DNA of 64,000 nucleotides from Desulfatiglandales bacterium (GTDB lineage Bacteria; Desulfobacterota; DSM-4660; Desulfatiglandales; HGW-15): NCBI GenBank assembly GCA_963667015.2, contig CAXXJJ010000001.1, positions 2,336,001 to 2,400,000 of the forward strand, read 5' to 3'. Shown piece by piece: positions 1 to 10,487 of this stretch (position 1 is its first letter; each line of letters starts with the position of its first letter). The notes under the pieces were generated by a model. It saw only the letters and a program-made list of their open reading frames with translations, ran no database searches and was not told where the DNA came from. The position numbers and the translations under genes were made by a program.

Positions 1-2
1 TG

Positions 3-314
3 GATAAGAATAATCCATGGATTACAATCTTCGACAGGGCAAGCCAGTCAGCTGAAACCGCTAGATTCCAGATTTCACTGGCTGAAGAAGATGAAAAAGG
101 ATGCTTCATGATTTCTATGATGGCCTTTGGTATCATAGCCAAATCTACGATTACTCAAGTCCTTTTTTTCAAAATCCGATCGGACAAGGTAACCCTCAAA
201 CATCGTTCAGGCAATATTACTATCAATGAGGAGATACTTTCGGGAGTACGTGAAAAGATCCATACAGTATTGCTTGGTCGCACTAAGGGATTCATCGACT
301 CTATTGATATTTAG
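3..314 (+). CDS. 3' part of a hypothetical protein, truncated by the window edge
   Basis: Frame is open from nt 3 (DKNNPWITIFDRASQSAETARFQISLAEEDEKG...) through the listed 108..314 ORF to TAG. Confidence 0.7.
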   Translation, partial: DKNNPWITIFDRASQSAETARFQISLAEEDEKGCFMISMMAFGIIAKSTITQVLFFKIRSDKVTLKHRSGNITINEEILSGVREKIHTVLLGRTKGFIDSIDI

Positions 315-531
315 TAAATCTTAATAAAATAAAAGAAATTGTATCAGATTTTAACTGACTATTGCCCAAACCGCTCAGAAATATTTACAATTAATAATAA
401 AAATTCATGTGTAGAGAGAGAAATAATTCTACCCACAATCATGCCTAAGGATACTTATAATTATGGCAGATTTTCATATAAGTGTTTTGGTTTATAACAA
501 CAGTGCAGAGGAGAAGAAGGGGAGTCGATAA

Positions 532-2217
532 GTGGACAATAAAACTATCTTAAACGCATTATGTAAAATTTGCTTGTTATCTTTAATTCTGATTGTATCT
601 GCCTCGGGATGTCCAAAAAAAGGGAATGGCCAGTCAACACGCCCGAACATCCTGCTGATCATCGGTGATGATATCGGCATAGATGTTACAACCGGCATGT
701 ATCCCGGTATGATTGACGACCTTGTAAAGCAATACGGCCCTTCGGGACATAATCATCCAAAATACAAAGAGATTGATGGCCGCCCTGCGTCTACTCCTTC
801 GCTGGACACACTTGCAAAAGGAGGCATGAGGTTTTCCCATGCCTGGGCACAGCCCTTCTGTTCTCCTACACGGACATCTCTTATTACCGGTCTTTATTCT
901 GCCAAGACAGGCGTAATTGATCCACTAGGCTGGCTCTCCCAGAACCATCATTCCTTTGTTAAGGATTTAAAGGAAAAGGGCGGTTACAGCACCGCAGTGT
1001 TCGGTAAATGGCACATAGCAGGCCTCTTTGAATACCCGGGCATGAAGCCTAAAGAGGCAGGTTTTGATCTGTTTCAGGGTAATCTCCACGGTGGCGTTGC
1101 AACATATTATGAATGGGACTATCAGGTCCAGGACGACTCTACTCCTCCTGACCAGTGGCGTACAGAAAAGGCACCCGTGAGATCACTGCCGGGTATTAAG
1201 CCCACTACTTATGCTCCGGTAGTAAAAACAGCGGATGCCATCAAATGGATCACCGAACAGGAAAAAGAAAACCCAGATAAACCATGGTTTGCCTGGTTCG
1301 CATTCAACCTGTCCCATATCACGGGTCAGCAGGAACCCAATCCCATGGTTATTCCAAATATCGACACCATGGACGACATATCACGAAAAGAGATGGAAGA
1401 ATGCATGGGGCCTGACGGTCAATTCGGTTCTGCCAATGTCGGATCATGCTCCTCGGAGGCCCTTATGAGGGCAATGACCAACTCTATGGATACAATGATA
1501 GGCAGGTTAATAGAAACGGTTGATAACCTGGATTCCAACACTTACATCATTTATCTCGGTGATAATGGTACATGGATGTTCGGTCCTAAAAGAGAATTCA
1601 TCGACAACATGTATATCACCAAACAGGGCCGAAGCAAGGGCACAGCCTATGAAAGCGGAGTCAGGGTTTCCATGGCAATACGCGGACCCAATATAAAGGC
1701 CGGTTCTCAGAGCGATGAGTGGGTTCACAATGTGGATCTGTTTTCCACTATCCTTGAGCTGGCCGGCCTTGATGTGCCCAAAATGGTTCCCAACAGGGAA
1801 GGCAATGGTATGGTTGACGTTGACGGAGTATCATTAACTCCGATCCTTTTCGATGGTGCACAGGGACTTCGTGATCCTTATAAAGGTTATCTGCTTGCGG
1901 CAACAGTAAATTCATATAAAGAAGACAACCCCATAGAGGTAGGAGCACGGAACGCCACATACAAGGTCATATGCGATGATAACGCTAAAACAGAAAGCTG
2001 TGTGTTCTACAATATAGTTGACGATCCGATCGAAGAATACCCTCTTGAAAAACCTGAGAACTGCGACAATTATAAGAACGGGACCTGGGCAAATACCGAT
2101 CCGGAGTGGAATTTCTGCAGGCTTCAGGAGGTAATAGCAGAGAAATCGATCCTGGCTCATCCTCCGGAAAGAAAGACAAATAACTACCAGGGTCCGCCTC
2201 CGAAAGAAAATATTTAA
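532..2217 (+). CDS. Formylglycine-dependent sulfatase, probable lipoprotein
   Basis: RPNILLIIGDD, Cys-type CSPTR motif, FGKWH, GDNG; hydrophobic N-terminus ending ASGC (lipobox-like). Confidence 0.9.
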   Translation: MDNKTILNALCKICLLSLILIVSASGCPKKGNGQSTRPNILLIIGDDIGIDVTTGMYPGMIDDLVKQYGPSGHNHPKYKEIDGRPASTPSLDTLAKGGMRFSHAWAQPFCSPTRTSLITGLYSAKTGVIDPLGWLSQNHHSFVKDLKEKGGYSTAVFGKWHIAGLFEYPGMKPKEAGFDLFQGNLHGGVATYYEWDYQVQDDSTPPDQWRTEKAPVRSLPGIKPTTYAPVVKTADAIKWITEQEKENPDKPWFAWFAFNLSHITGQQEPNPMVIPNIDTMDDISRKEMEECMGPDGQFGSANVGSCSSEALMRAMTNSMDTMIGRLIETVDNLDSNTYIIYLGDNGTWMFGPKREFIDNMYITKQGRSKGTAYESGVRVSMAIRGPNIKAGSQSDEWVHNVDLFSTILELAGLDVPKMVPNREGNGMVDVDGVSLTPILFDGAQGLRDPYKGYLLAATVNSYKEDNPIEVGARNATYKVICDDNAKTESCVFYNIVDDPIEEYPLEKPENCDNYKNGTWANTDPEWNFCRLQEVIAEKSILAHPPERKTNNYQGPPPKENI

Positions 2218-2255
2218 CTGTTTCGAGATATACACAGGGAAGAGGAAATGTTTAT

Positions 2256-3263
2256 ATGAAAAAGGGTATGATAATTTTTATCTCGCTGTTGCTGCTTGTA
2301 CTGGTAATCGGCTATTTAAGCCAGGGAAGTATTGACAGAAACCGCAGAATCCTCAAGCTGGCCCATGGATTAAATACAAGGCATCCTGTTCATAAGGCAA
2401 TGGAGTTTATGGCCAGGCGTGCATCGGAATTATCCGGCGGAGAGCTTGAGGTCCAGATTTTTCCAAGTGAACAGCTCGGTAATGAAAAGGAATGCATTGA
2501 GTCCCTTCAGCTCGGATATCTTGCCATGACCAAGACCAGCACCGGTCCCATGGAGGCATTTGTGCCTCGTATCCGGATCTTTGGCATTCCCTACCTGTTC
2601 CGTGACAGTGAGCACTTCTGGAAGGTTGCACAGGGGCCGATCGGTAAAGATCTGCTTTCTGCCGGAGAATCAAAGGGACTGCGGGGCTTATGCTATTACG
2701 ATGCAGGAGCACGCAGTTTTTATTCCAAGGATGAACCGATCAATAAACCTTCCGACCTTGCAGGCAAAAAAGTCCGTGTCATGAACAGTGTCATGTCCAT
2801 GGATATGATCAAGGCCATGGGAGGTTCTCCCACACCCATATCATGGGGAGAGTTGTACACGTCACTTGATCAGGGTGTTGTGGATGCGGCTGAGAATAAC
2901 CCCCCTTCATTTGATACATCACGCCATTTCGAGATCTGCAAATACTATTGTCTGGATGAGCATGTAAGACTTCCTGACATGCTTGTGATAAGCGCAAAGG
3001 TCTGGGCGGATTTGAGTCCACAACAGAAAGAGTGGCTGCAGCAGGCGGTCGAAGAATCCGTTGCCTATGAGCGGAAACTGTGGTCAGAGGCAGAAGAAGA
3101 ATCAATGAAAGTTGTAGAGGCGGGAGGGGTAGTTGTTTCCTATCCGGATAAGAGGCCTTTCCAGGAGGCGGTAAAACCCATGTGGAATAAATTTCTTAAT
3201 GCGGAGAATCCGGACGACAGGGCTATCGGCGACCTGATATTGAAGATTCAGGAGATTCAATGA
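2256..3263 (+). CDS. dctP: TRAP transporter substrate-binding protein
   Basis: QIFPSEQLG, DLAGKKVRV, ELYTSLDQGVVDAAEN motifs; first of the DctP-Q-M trio. Confidence 0.93.
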   Translation: MKKGMIIFISLLLLVLVIGYLSQGSIDRNRRILKLAHGLNTRHPVHKAMEFMARRASELSGGELEVQIFPSEQLGNEKECIESLQLGYLAMTKTSTGPMEAFVPRIRIFGIPYLFRDSEHFWKVAQGPIGKDLLSAGESKGLRGLCYYDAGARSFYSKDEPINKPSDLAGKKVRVMNSVMSMDMIKAMGGSPTPISWGELYTSLDQGVVDAAENNPPSFDTSRHFEICKYYCLDEHVRLPDMLVISAKVWADLSPQQKEWLQQAVEESVAYERKLWSEAEEESMKVVEAGGVVVSYPDKRPFQEAVKPMWNKFLNAENPDDRAIGDLILKIQEIQ

Positions 3264-3754
3264 TGAAATACTTGAAGTTGATACTGGATAAATTTCTTGA
3301 AGTGCTGCTCATGGTTTCTGTGGCTGTGCTTGTTGTTGATGTGCTGTGGCAGGTTTTTACCAGGTTTATTATGGGAAAGCCCAGCAGCTGGACAGAAGAA
3401 CTGGCTACCTTTCTTTTAATATGGGTATCTCTTTTAGGTGCTGCAGTTGCACTGGGGCGGGGTACCCATCTGGGGATAGATTACTTTACCCATAAACTTT
3501 CCGAACACGACCGGATACAAACCGAACTGTTCGTGTTTGCAGTGGTAAGCCTGTTTTCTCTCCTGGTCATGGTTATTGGGGGAATTGGCCTTGTTAATCA
3601 TACACTGGCACTGGCCCAGATATCAGTGGCCCTGCATATTCCCATGGGATATGTATACCTGGCTATTCCAATCAGCGGGGCGTTCCTTGTTCTTTACGGC
3701 ATGATTGGTTTCTTTGAGAGGGTAACAATGCTCAAAAAAGGAGGTACAAGATGA
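3260..3754 (+). CDS. dctQ: TRAP transporter small permease
   Basis: Four TM segments, WTEELA and HLGID motifs; 4-nt overlaps with both neighbours. Confidence 0.92.
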   Translation: MMKYLKLILDKFLEVLLMVSVAVLVVDVLWQVFTRFIMGKPSSWTEELATFLLIWVSLLGAAVALGRGTHLGIDYFTHKLSEHDRIQTELFVFAVVSLFSLLVMVIGGIGLVNHTLALAQISVALHIPMGYVYLAIPISGAFLVLYGMIGFFERVTMLKKGGTR

Positions 3755-5055
3755 GTTTTCCCATTCTTGTTCTCGTAGTTATATTTCTTGTGCTTCTTGT
3801 TCTGAATGTCCCTGTTGCATTCTGTATGGGAATAGCAACTGTACTTTCCATCATTGCCATGGGCGACCTTCCTGCCTTTGTTACAATGGCACACAAGATA
3901 GCAACCGGCATTGACAGCTTTGCCCTGCTTGCAATCCCGTTTTTCATTTTATCGGGCCTGTTAATGGAGCATGGCGGAATAGCCAGGAGACTTATTGACT
4001 TTGCAAATGACCTGGTTGGCAGGTTCAGGGGGGGGCTTGCGCTTGTAAACATCCTTACCTGTATGCTCTTCGGCGCGATTTCAGGATCATCCGCCGCAGC
4101 AGTTTCAAGCGTCGGCGGGTTTATGATTCCTTTAATGAATAAACGTGGGTATGAAAATGATTTTAATACAGCAGTGACAATAACCGCCGCAACAACCGGT
4201 CTCCTGATTCCTCCAAGTAATATAATGATCGTCTACTCTCTTGCGACAGGAGGGATAGTCTCCATTGCGGCAATTTTTATGGCAGGCGTAATTCCGGGTG
4301 TGCTGGTAGGACTTGGATTAATGATTGTGGCTGCTATAATCTCTGTAAAAAAACATTATGGTGAAAAAGACGGGGTGATTACAAAAGGCCGGACATTTAA
4401 AAGTTTCCTTCGGGCTCTTCCATCGCTACTGCTTGTAATTATTGTGCTAGGGGGAATCCTCTTTGGCGTTTTTACTGCCACCGAGGCCTCTGCTGTTGCG
4501 GTGCTCTATTCATTTATCCTGGCTGTCATTGTTTATAAAGAGGTTAAAATAAAGGATCTGCCCGGTATACTGCTTCAGTGCGGTGTTACTACATCGGTTG
4601 TATTTTTGTTAATAGGTACAAGCATGGCAATGAGCTGGGTGCTGGCGGCAGAGAATGTACCGCAGAATATAAGCATGGGATTACTGGCACTGACAGAAAA
4701 TAAAGTACTGCTTCTGCTAATGATTAATACAATGCTCCTGATTGTCGGAACCTTTATGGACATGACTCCGGCCGTGCTTATTTTTACGCCAATATTTTTA
4801 CCAATTTTATCGGGAGTAGGCATTCATCCCCTGCATTTCGGTATTGTCATGATAATGAATCTGTGCATCGGGCTGTGCACCCCGCCTGTCGGAACATGCC
4901 TTTTTTTAGGGTGCGGCATTGCAAATACCACGGTAACTAAAATTATTCCGAAAATAGTACCGTTTTTTATTGCGATGGTTCTGACCCTGCTGATCTGCAG
5001 TTATATCCCGGCACTGTCTCTATGGCTGCCGGATGTGCTTGGTTTGCTTAAGTAG
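3751..5055 (+). CDS. dctM: TRAP transporter large permease
   Basis: LLAIPFFIL, FGAISGS, LIPPS, TATEA, TPPVG motifs. Confidence 0.95.
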   Translation: MSFPILVLVVIFLVLLVLNVPVAFCMGIATVLSIIAMGDLPAFVTMAHKIATGIDSFALLAIPFFILSGLLMEHGGIARRLIDFANDLVGRFRGGLALVNILTCMLFGAISGSSAAAVSSVGGFMIPLMNKRGYENDFNTAVTITAATTGLLIPPSNIMIVYSLATGGIVSIAAIFMAGVIPGVLVGLGLMIVAAIISVKKHYGEKDGVITKGRTFKSFLRALPSLLLVIIVLGGILFGVFTATEASAVAVLYSFILAVIVYKEVKIKDLPGILLQCGVTTSVVFLLIGTSMAMSWVLAAENVPQNISMGLLALTENKVLLLLMINTMLLIVGTFMDMTPAVLIFTPIFLPILSGVGIHPLHFGIVMIMNLCIGLCTPPVGTCLFLGCGIANTTVTKIIPKIVPFFIAMVLTLLICSYIPALSLWLPDVLGLLK

Positions 5056-5066
5056 TGCCTGTCTAT

Positions 5067-5104
5067 AAAAAAGCCCCTGTTAATAGCCGGGGCCTTTTGT
5101 TTTA
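5067..5104 (+). terminator. Probable intrinsic terminator after dctM
   Basis: A-run, GCCCC...GGGGC stem, then T-run, between convergent genes. Confidence 0.55.
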
Positions 5105-5255
5105 CTCTTCATCTTAACCGAAATCTTTAAAAGGTTTTTCCATAGCCTTGTAAATCGGATTAATAACCCTTCCTTTTAGTGTCTTTGCTGGATAGCTTCG
5201 ATTAAACTAACCCACATACAGTTTTGCGCTTTCTTAGCCTGAGGCGCTGGAAAAT

Positions 5256-6365
5256 TTATAATAAAAACCTGAATGTATACCTGAGATCCATTACTACAAC
5301 AGGTTTTCCATCGACAAAGCGGGGGGCAAAGCGAAATTTTTCAACTGCATCCTTTGCCGGTTTAACATAGTCATCCGGTCCGACCAGCAATTTTATTTCA
5401 ATATTCCGAGTAAAGCCCTTCTCATCAACATCAAATCCCAGTGTTACCATTCCCTCCTGACCATCTTCAACATCGATCCGTGTGCCTGTCTGTTGACTTA
5501 TTACACCCGGAGGAAATTTAGGTTTTTTGATGAACAGGGGTTTGAAGCTTGAAATCCCTGCTTCAGCCTGCATGCGTCCGATAGCAAGGACATGATCAGT
5601 GGCCAGCTCACTTTCGCCCAGGTTTTCAAGTGCCTCGACCAGAAAAGCCCTTATAGTCTGTTCTAGGTTTTTGTCTGCACCATCTTCATTAAAAGGGATT
5701 AAGGCTGCTTCCAGATGCTTTCTGGCTGAATTAAAACTGTGATTGGCCAAATCGAGCTTGCCCATAATAAATTCAGCATGAGACATTTCAAGCGGAGAAA
5801 TATCCAGGTTTTGAAGTATCTTGTATCCTGTTTCGATTCTGCTCTCGCCAAAGGGAGCCTGGTTGACCAGTTCGATATGTCCAAGGTCAATCATCAGCAT
5901 CCCATAACTGGCAGAATCCTTACCATAAACCTTTTTGGCGATGGAAAGAGCATCGGAGTCAGTTCTATACCAGCTTGATTGATAATCTACGGATCTGCGT
6001 GCTTCACCCAGATCTATATACAGGCCTATCAATTCCTGGGCATCGCTGCCGTAAATCTCTTTATACAGGACAAGCGTATCAGACAGGACATTCTCTGCCA
6101 GTTTATTTTTATGTGCCCTCAGAAGGTTGATGCCATAATTGTGGCTGAGAGTAGCGGTAGTCTTTGATTTTTCGCCGGAAACCTTTTTGCTGAGTTTGAA
6201 AGCCTCCTCTGCGTATGGCAGGGATTCTTTATATTGATTTTGGTTAAAAAGATTTTGATAGTTTGAGTAGGCCTTCTTGAGTTTTTCCTTGTCTGAATCG
6301 GCGGCCAATCCTGTGGCAGAGCAAAAGATACAACAGATGCATAATAGTATTGAAAGATATTTCAT
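5256..6365 (-). CDS. Secreted TPR-repeat protein with C-terminal TonB-C domain
   Basis: Signal peptide from MKYLSILL (ATG 6365); helical TPR-like repeats; C-terminal EGMVTLGFDVDEKG...KFRFAPRFVDGKPV typical of TonB_C. Confidence 0.8.
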   Translation of the reverse strand: MKYLSILLCICCIFCSATGLAADSDKEKLKKAYSNYQNLFNQNQYKESLPYAEEAFKLSKKVSGEKSKTTATLSHNYGINLLRAHKNKLAENVLSDTLVLYKEIYGSDAQELIGLYIDLGEARRSVDYQSSWYRTDSDALSIAKKVYGKDSASYGMLMIDLGHIELVNQAPFGESRIETGYKILQNLDISPLEMSHAEFIMGKLDLANHSFNSARKHLEAALIPFNEDGADKNLEQTIRAFLVEALENLGESELATDHVLAIGRMQAEAGISSFKPLFIKKPKFPPGVISQQTGTRIDVEDGQEGMVTLGFDVDEKGFTRNIEIKLLVGPDDYVKPAKDAVEKFRFAPRFVDGKPVVVMDLRYTFRFLL

Positions 6366-6480
6366 GATCGCTCGTCTGAATGGGGTTATTTTTTTTAAAA
6401 AAATCGGAGGACAAAATATATGGATTATAAGCATGTAAGTCAATTAATTTAAGGGCGTCTTGCCTGTATAACGGGATGAG

Positions 6481-6522
6481 GTAGGGTTATCAGGCTGTTA
6501 CTCGTGAACCTGATAACCTTAC
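6481..6522. terminator. Inverted repeat downstream of the S9 peptidase gene
   Basis: GTAGGGTTATCAGG / CCTGATAACCTTAC, 14-bp arms, one mismatch. Confidence 0.4.
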
Positions 6523-6563
6523 AGTGTCATGTCCCCATTTGGTGTCAGTATATCGACCAGTGC

Positions 6564-8639
6564 TCAACTATTGTTATCTGTGACCTTTTCGGCAGAGCTT
6601 ATACTGACCGGGGCTTTTAGATACTTATCAATAAACGCAATAATGCGTTCATACACTTCCTTTCGGGTTTCTTCATCATGAACACCGTGGCCTTCGCCAC
6701 GTATGGCCATCCATTCAAATACCTTATTATTTTCTTCAAGGGCGGCCTTCATCCTGGTTGCCTGTTCAAAATCAGCACGCCAGTCCTCTTTGCCGTGAAT
6801 CAAAAAGACCGGGACCTGGATACTGTCAGCAGTATACACCGGCGACCACGCACGAAGGATACTTTTATCAGTACCGTGGACCATCTTCAGATATGATTTG
6901 GTAAGTTTTGATTGCGAGAGATCTGATGTTTGCCCCATCAATTCCAGATCGTAAATACCTGCATACCCGATGGCGCAGCGGTAAAGTTCCGGTTCGCGTA
7001 TTACACCTTCGAGCGCTGAATATGCTCCAAAACTGCTTCCATATATACATATGCGGTCAGGGGAGACAATTTTCTGGTCGATGGCCCATAGGGTGGCGTC
7101 GGTAATATCGTCCTGGATCTTTCCTCCCCATTCTTTAAATCCCTTGCGTTCAAATTCATCTCCGATGATGGCGCTTCCACGGTAATTGACCTGTAAAACC
7201 GCATAGCCGCGATTGGCAAATAATTGTACTTCAGAGTCAAATTCCCAGATGTCCCGCACGCCGTGAGGACCCCCATGGGGCATTACTACCATTGGATAGG
7301 GCCCGATACCAGCAGGACATGTGATATAGCCGTGTAATGTCAGACCGTCACGCGCTTTAAATGTAAAGGGCTGCTTGGGACGCATTTCTTTAGGATTCAG
7401 CCACTCTCTGGCAGGCTGTAAATAATCGGCCTTCATGGTCCTGGTGTTAAAAAGGTAGTAATCTCCGGGGTTTATATCCGAGTTTACAAAAATTACAGCC
7501 AGACTTCCGTCCTTACTGGCTGTTATAATCTGAACAGTCTGCCCTGGAAAGCTTTTCTCCAGGGATGCACGAATTCTTGCGGCCAGATCGTTTTTATCCA
7601 GCCAGTAGGCAACCGGTTTATCAATATAGGAAAGGACTCCAATTATGCGTTTCTTTGTCAGATCATAAATTACGTTGTATATATCGCTGTCATCCAGGCC
7701 AAATATCTTTGTGATTTTTTTGGTTTGCAGGTCCAGGCGAAAAAGTTCGGAATAACTGCTGTCAGAGGCGGTGCCCAGAAAAAAGATTGATTGAGCATCT
7801 TCGCTCATTATAACAGGTATAATGGAATCATCGCGAAAGCCGGGCAGATCAAAATCAACCCAGTCTCCGTCCGGATCGGGTTTCCAGCTGACTGAATACT
7901 GCAGATCTGAGTTAAGGCCAATGGCAAAGCGCACCCGGTCCTGCTGATCGGTCATGACTTCGGCGCTCGAATAGGGCGCGACTTCCAGCCTTTTTTTCTC
8001 GCCGGTATAACTGTTCAACCGGGTGATTATCGGTTTGGCATCAGGATTATAATATAGATAGTTGCCTACCTGGCGATACGGCATTTCGCTTATGAGGACA
8101 TTCTTTTCATCGTCCAGGAGCGGGTTCAGCAGTTCGGCACTTGAAAGGCTATCCTGCCGTTTTTTTATTCGGCTTCCGAGCTGTTTCACTCCGGCACGGT
8201 AGCCGAAGATAAGTTCATGACTGTTTCCGTCTATGTTGACAGCATACAACTCACCTGTCCCTGCCAACACTCCCGAAATCTGCCTTTCAGCAATCTCATA
8301 AATAATACGTCGGTCCGAGACCCAATGGAAGTTCTCAAACTCATAACCATCCCGGCATCGGATGCCGGTGATAGGTTTTTTATCTTCGATATTAATTGTA
8401 ATAAGGAGACTTGCTCCGTTCTTACCCCCTAAATACGCAGCATATTTACCGGATGGAGAAAGTTTAATACCACTGAATACGTCAAATTTTGTAAAGGCCT
8501 CCACCGGCAGCAGGACATTGGCAGATTGCCCATAATTAGTCTCCGAATTGGTGCTTTGTGTTTGAGCATGAGTACTGGCGGCAGCCAGGCAGACCATTAC
8601 AGCAATAGTGAGAAAGACAAGCGGGAAAAAACGACGCAT
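6564..8639 (-). CDS. S9 family (prolyl oligopeptidase / acylaminoacyl peptidase-like) secreted peptidase
   Basis: Signal peptide, propeller region, PHGGP, GSSFG nucleophile motif, HGKED and EGHG triad residues. Confidence 0.92.
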   Translation of the reverse strand: MRRFFPLVFLTIAVMVCLAAASTHAQTQSTNSETNYGQSANVLLPVEAFTKFDVFSGIKLSPSGKYAAYLGGKNGASLLITINIEDKKPITGIRCRDGYEFENFHWVSDRRIIYEIAERQISGVLAGTGELYAVNIDGNSHELIFGYRAGVKQLGSRIKKRQDSLSSAELLNPLLDDEKNVLISEMPYRQVGNYLYYNPDAKPIITRLNSYTGEKKRLEVAPYSSAEVMTDQQDRVRFAIGLNSDLQYSVSWKPDPDGDWVDFDLPGFRDDSIIPVIMSEDAQSIFFLGTASDSSYSELFRLDLQTKKITKIFGLDDSDIYNVIYDLTKKRIIGVLSYIDKPVAYWLDKNDLAARIRASLEKSFPGQTVQIITASKDGSLAVIFVNSDINPGDYYLFNTRTMKADYLQPAREWLNPKEMRPKQPFTFKARDGLTLHGYITCPAGIGPYPMVVMPHGGPHGVRDIWEFDSEVQLFANRGYAVLQVNYRGSAIIGDEFERKGFKEWGGKIQDDITDATLWAIDQKIVSPDRICIYGSSFGAYSALEGVIREPELYRCAIGYAGIYDLELMGQTSDLSQSKLTKSYLKMVHGTDKSILRAWSPVYTADSIQVPVFLIHGKEDWRADFEQATRMKAALEENNKVFEWMAIRGEGHGVHDEETRKEVYERIIAFIDKYLKAPVSISSAEKVTDNNS

Positions 8640-8811
8640 ACTTTAACCTCCATTTTTATTATTCTTTTAGTTTTAACTGAAAGGAAAATTATTTAACGTG
8701 GGAATGTATTTGAAATGATTTTTTGTGTCAATATAGAGATTGAATAACTGGTGAGAAGGGAGATGTTGTCAGGTTATAAGACTCCCAATCGTTTACCTGA
8801 TGGCTGTTATT

Positions 8812-9456
8812 TTATATTGATTTAATTGCATAATAAAAGGCCATACAGCCAAACAGTAAAAGAAATAGATTCCCCACCAGAATAAGAATATTGATAGCCT
8901 TTTCTTTGATCATTTTACCAATTTTGCCTACGATGAATATCATGGGTAAAAACCATACCATTACTCCCAGCATAATTATCATAATTGCAGGGACTCCATA
9001 ATCATTTATATCAGGGTATTTTTCGCTCCATATAAGATAAAAGTTACCGGCAATAACCATCCACCCTACAATTGTCATCGGGTTGGTCAGTGTTACAACT
9101 ACCCCCGAAAAGAAGGTTGCAAACCGGTTTTTTTGAAAATCATTGATCATATGGGAACTCTGTTTTTTCCTTGTGAGTGAAAGTAGTGATGACCCTCCGA
9201 TAAGAAAGAGTATTGTCCCGCTGACAAACCAGAGTGTAAGTTTATAGCTGTTGTTTGACGCGATAAATGTACCCACACCGGAATAGACAAGAGCCAGATA
9301 AAAAATATCCGACAGGCAGGAACCCAGAGTGAATAATAAACTGTTACGAAAACCAAACTGGAGCGCACGCTGACATGCAATTATTGTTACCGATCCGGGA
9401 GGGATGGCAACTACTATTCCCAATATGAATGCCGCTATAATAAAATCAGTATGCAT
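8812..9456 (-). CDS. LysE family translocator
   Basis: AIPPGSV, G..SD..Y, TLTNP..W motifs; likely start MHTDF at 9456. Confidence 0.85.
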   Translation of the reverse strand: MHTDFIIAAFILGIVVAIPPGSVTIIACQRALQFGFRNSLLFTLGSCLSDIFYLALVYSGVGTFIASNNSYKLTLWFVSGTILFLIGGSSLLSLTRKKQSSHMINDFQKNRFATFFSGVVVTLTNPMTIVGWMVIAGNFYLIWSEKYPDINDYGVPAIMIIMLGVMVWFLPMIFIVGKIGKMIKEKAINILILVGNLFLLLFGCMAFYYAIKSI

Positions 9457-9833
9457 AATTCTGATTGATTTGTCCTTTTTCGTTAATAAAATCCGGCCCA
9501 TATAAATTCCGGCAATGCTTCTATATGGGACATGGGACGGGATGTCCATAAAAAACTGAAATGGATCATCCTGCAATTAGTTGATCGGTGATCAGGGTTC
9601 AAGTATCCGGGGGATTAAAGGGTAGCTGACAGGCTATTTAAACCTGATAAAACAGCATCTTAAAAATGGTGGAGTGTAAAACTCCACCCGGCGAAATGAT
9701 CAGGATGTTACCTTGAAATGACATTACTGCACAGTGTGCGCGAGGGAATGAAGGTGCTGGATTTTTCGGTTCTGTCTTCGCCAGGATTTCATTCTTCGCG
9801 TAAAACGTCGGCCTTAGGAACAGGTTAGTCGAT

Positions 9834-10478
9834 TTATATTTCTTTGAAATAACGATTTCTTAAACCGGAAAAGAGATCTTCACCTCCCGGCCTGAGCCCG
9901 TATTCCTTTCCTGCATCAAGTATAGCCTCTGCCATTGATTGTCCGTATCCTCGATGGCATGCAATAAGGACAGTCGAATCAATTTTTTCTCTGGATAATA
10001 CAACAACCTGGCTTCTGATGCTAAAAACCGGTCCCATGATGAGAAACTGCGGATTTTGTTTTTTAGAAAGCAGGTCCAGAGGAGATACTTTTTCCATGAT
10101 AGAAAAAACATCCCGCCCTGCAATGGCAAGAAGTGCATAGGACTCTGTTACATTAGTGAAGGCATATTCACCTGCAAAATCCGGCATGTCTACAGAGAAA
10201 TGCCAGATAGTCGCCCAGTTCCATTTTATTAGGTTTACAAGGAAATCTTCCGTGAGCAGGCATTGCTCGGAATCCCGTGGAATGTCAATCCCGGCGGGAC
10301 GCAGTGAAGTAAGCTCTTCACCCTGGACATCCCATTTCCCGATGTGGCTGAGGTCAACCAGAAACGGGCCTGTTCCCTGGCCTTCATACTCAAGAACAAC
10401 TTCCCAGTTGTTTCTGATACATGTCCTTAGCTTTACACCCGGGAGTTTTACAGGAGAATATCTTTTAATTGATTCCAT
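9834..10478 (-). CDS. soxG: Sarcosine oxidase gamma-subunit-like protein
   Basis: LVDLSH..KWDVQG GcvT-like fold; last gene of the beta-delta-alpha-gamma operon. Confidence 0.7.
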   Translation of the reverse strand: MESIKRYSPVKLPGVKLRTCIRNNWEVVLEYEGQGTGPFLVDLSHIGKWDVQGEELTSLRPAGIDIPRDSEQCLLTEDFLVNLIKWNWATIWHFSVDMPDFAGEYAFTNVTESYALLAIAGRDVFSIMEKVSPLDLLSKKQNPQFLIMGPVFSIRSQVVVLSREKIDSTVLIACHRGYGQSMAEAILDAGKEYGLRPGGEDLFSGLRNRYFKEI

Positions 10479-10487
10479 TTTATCTTG

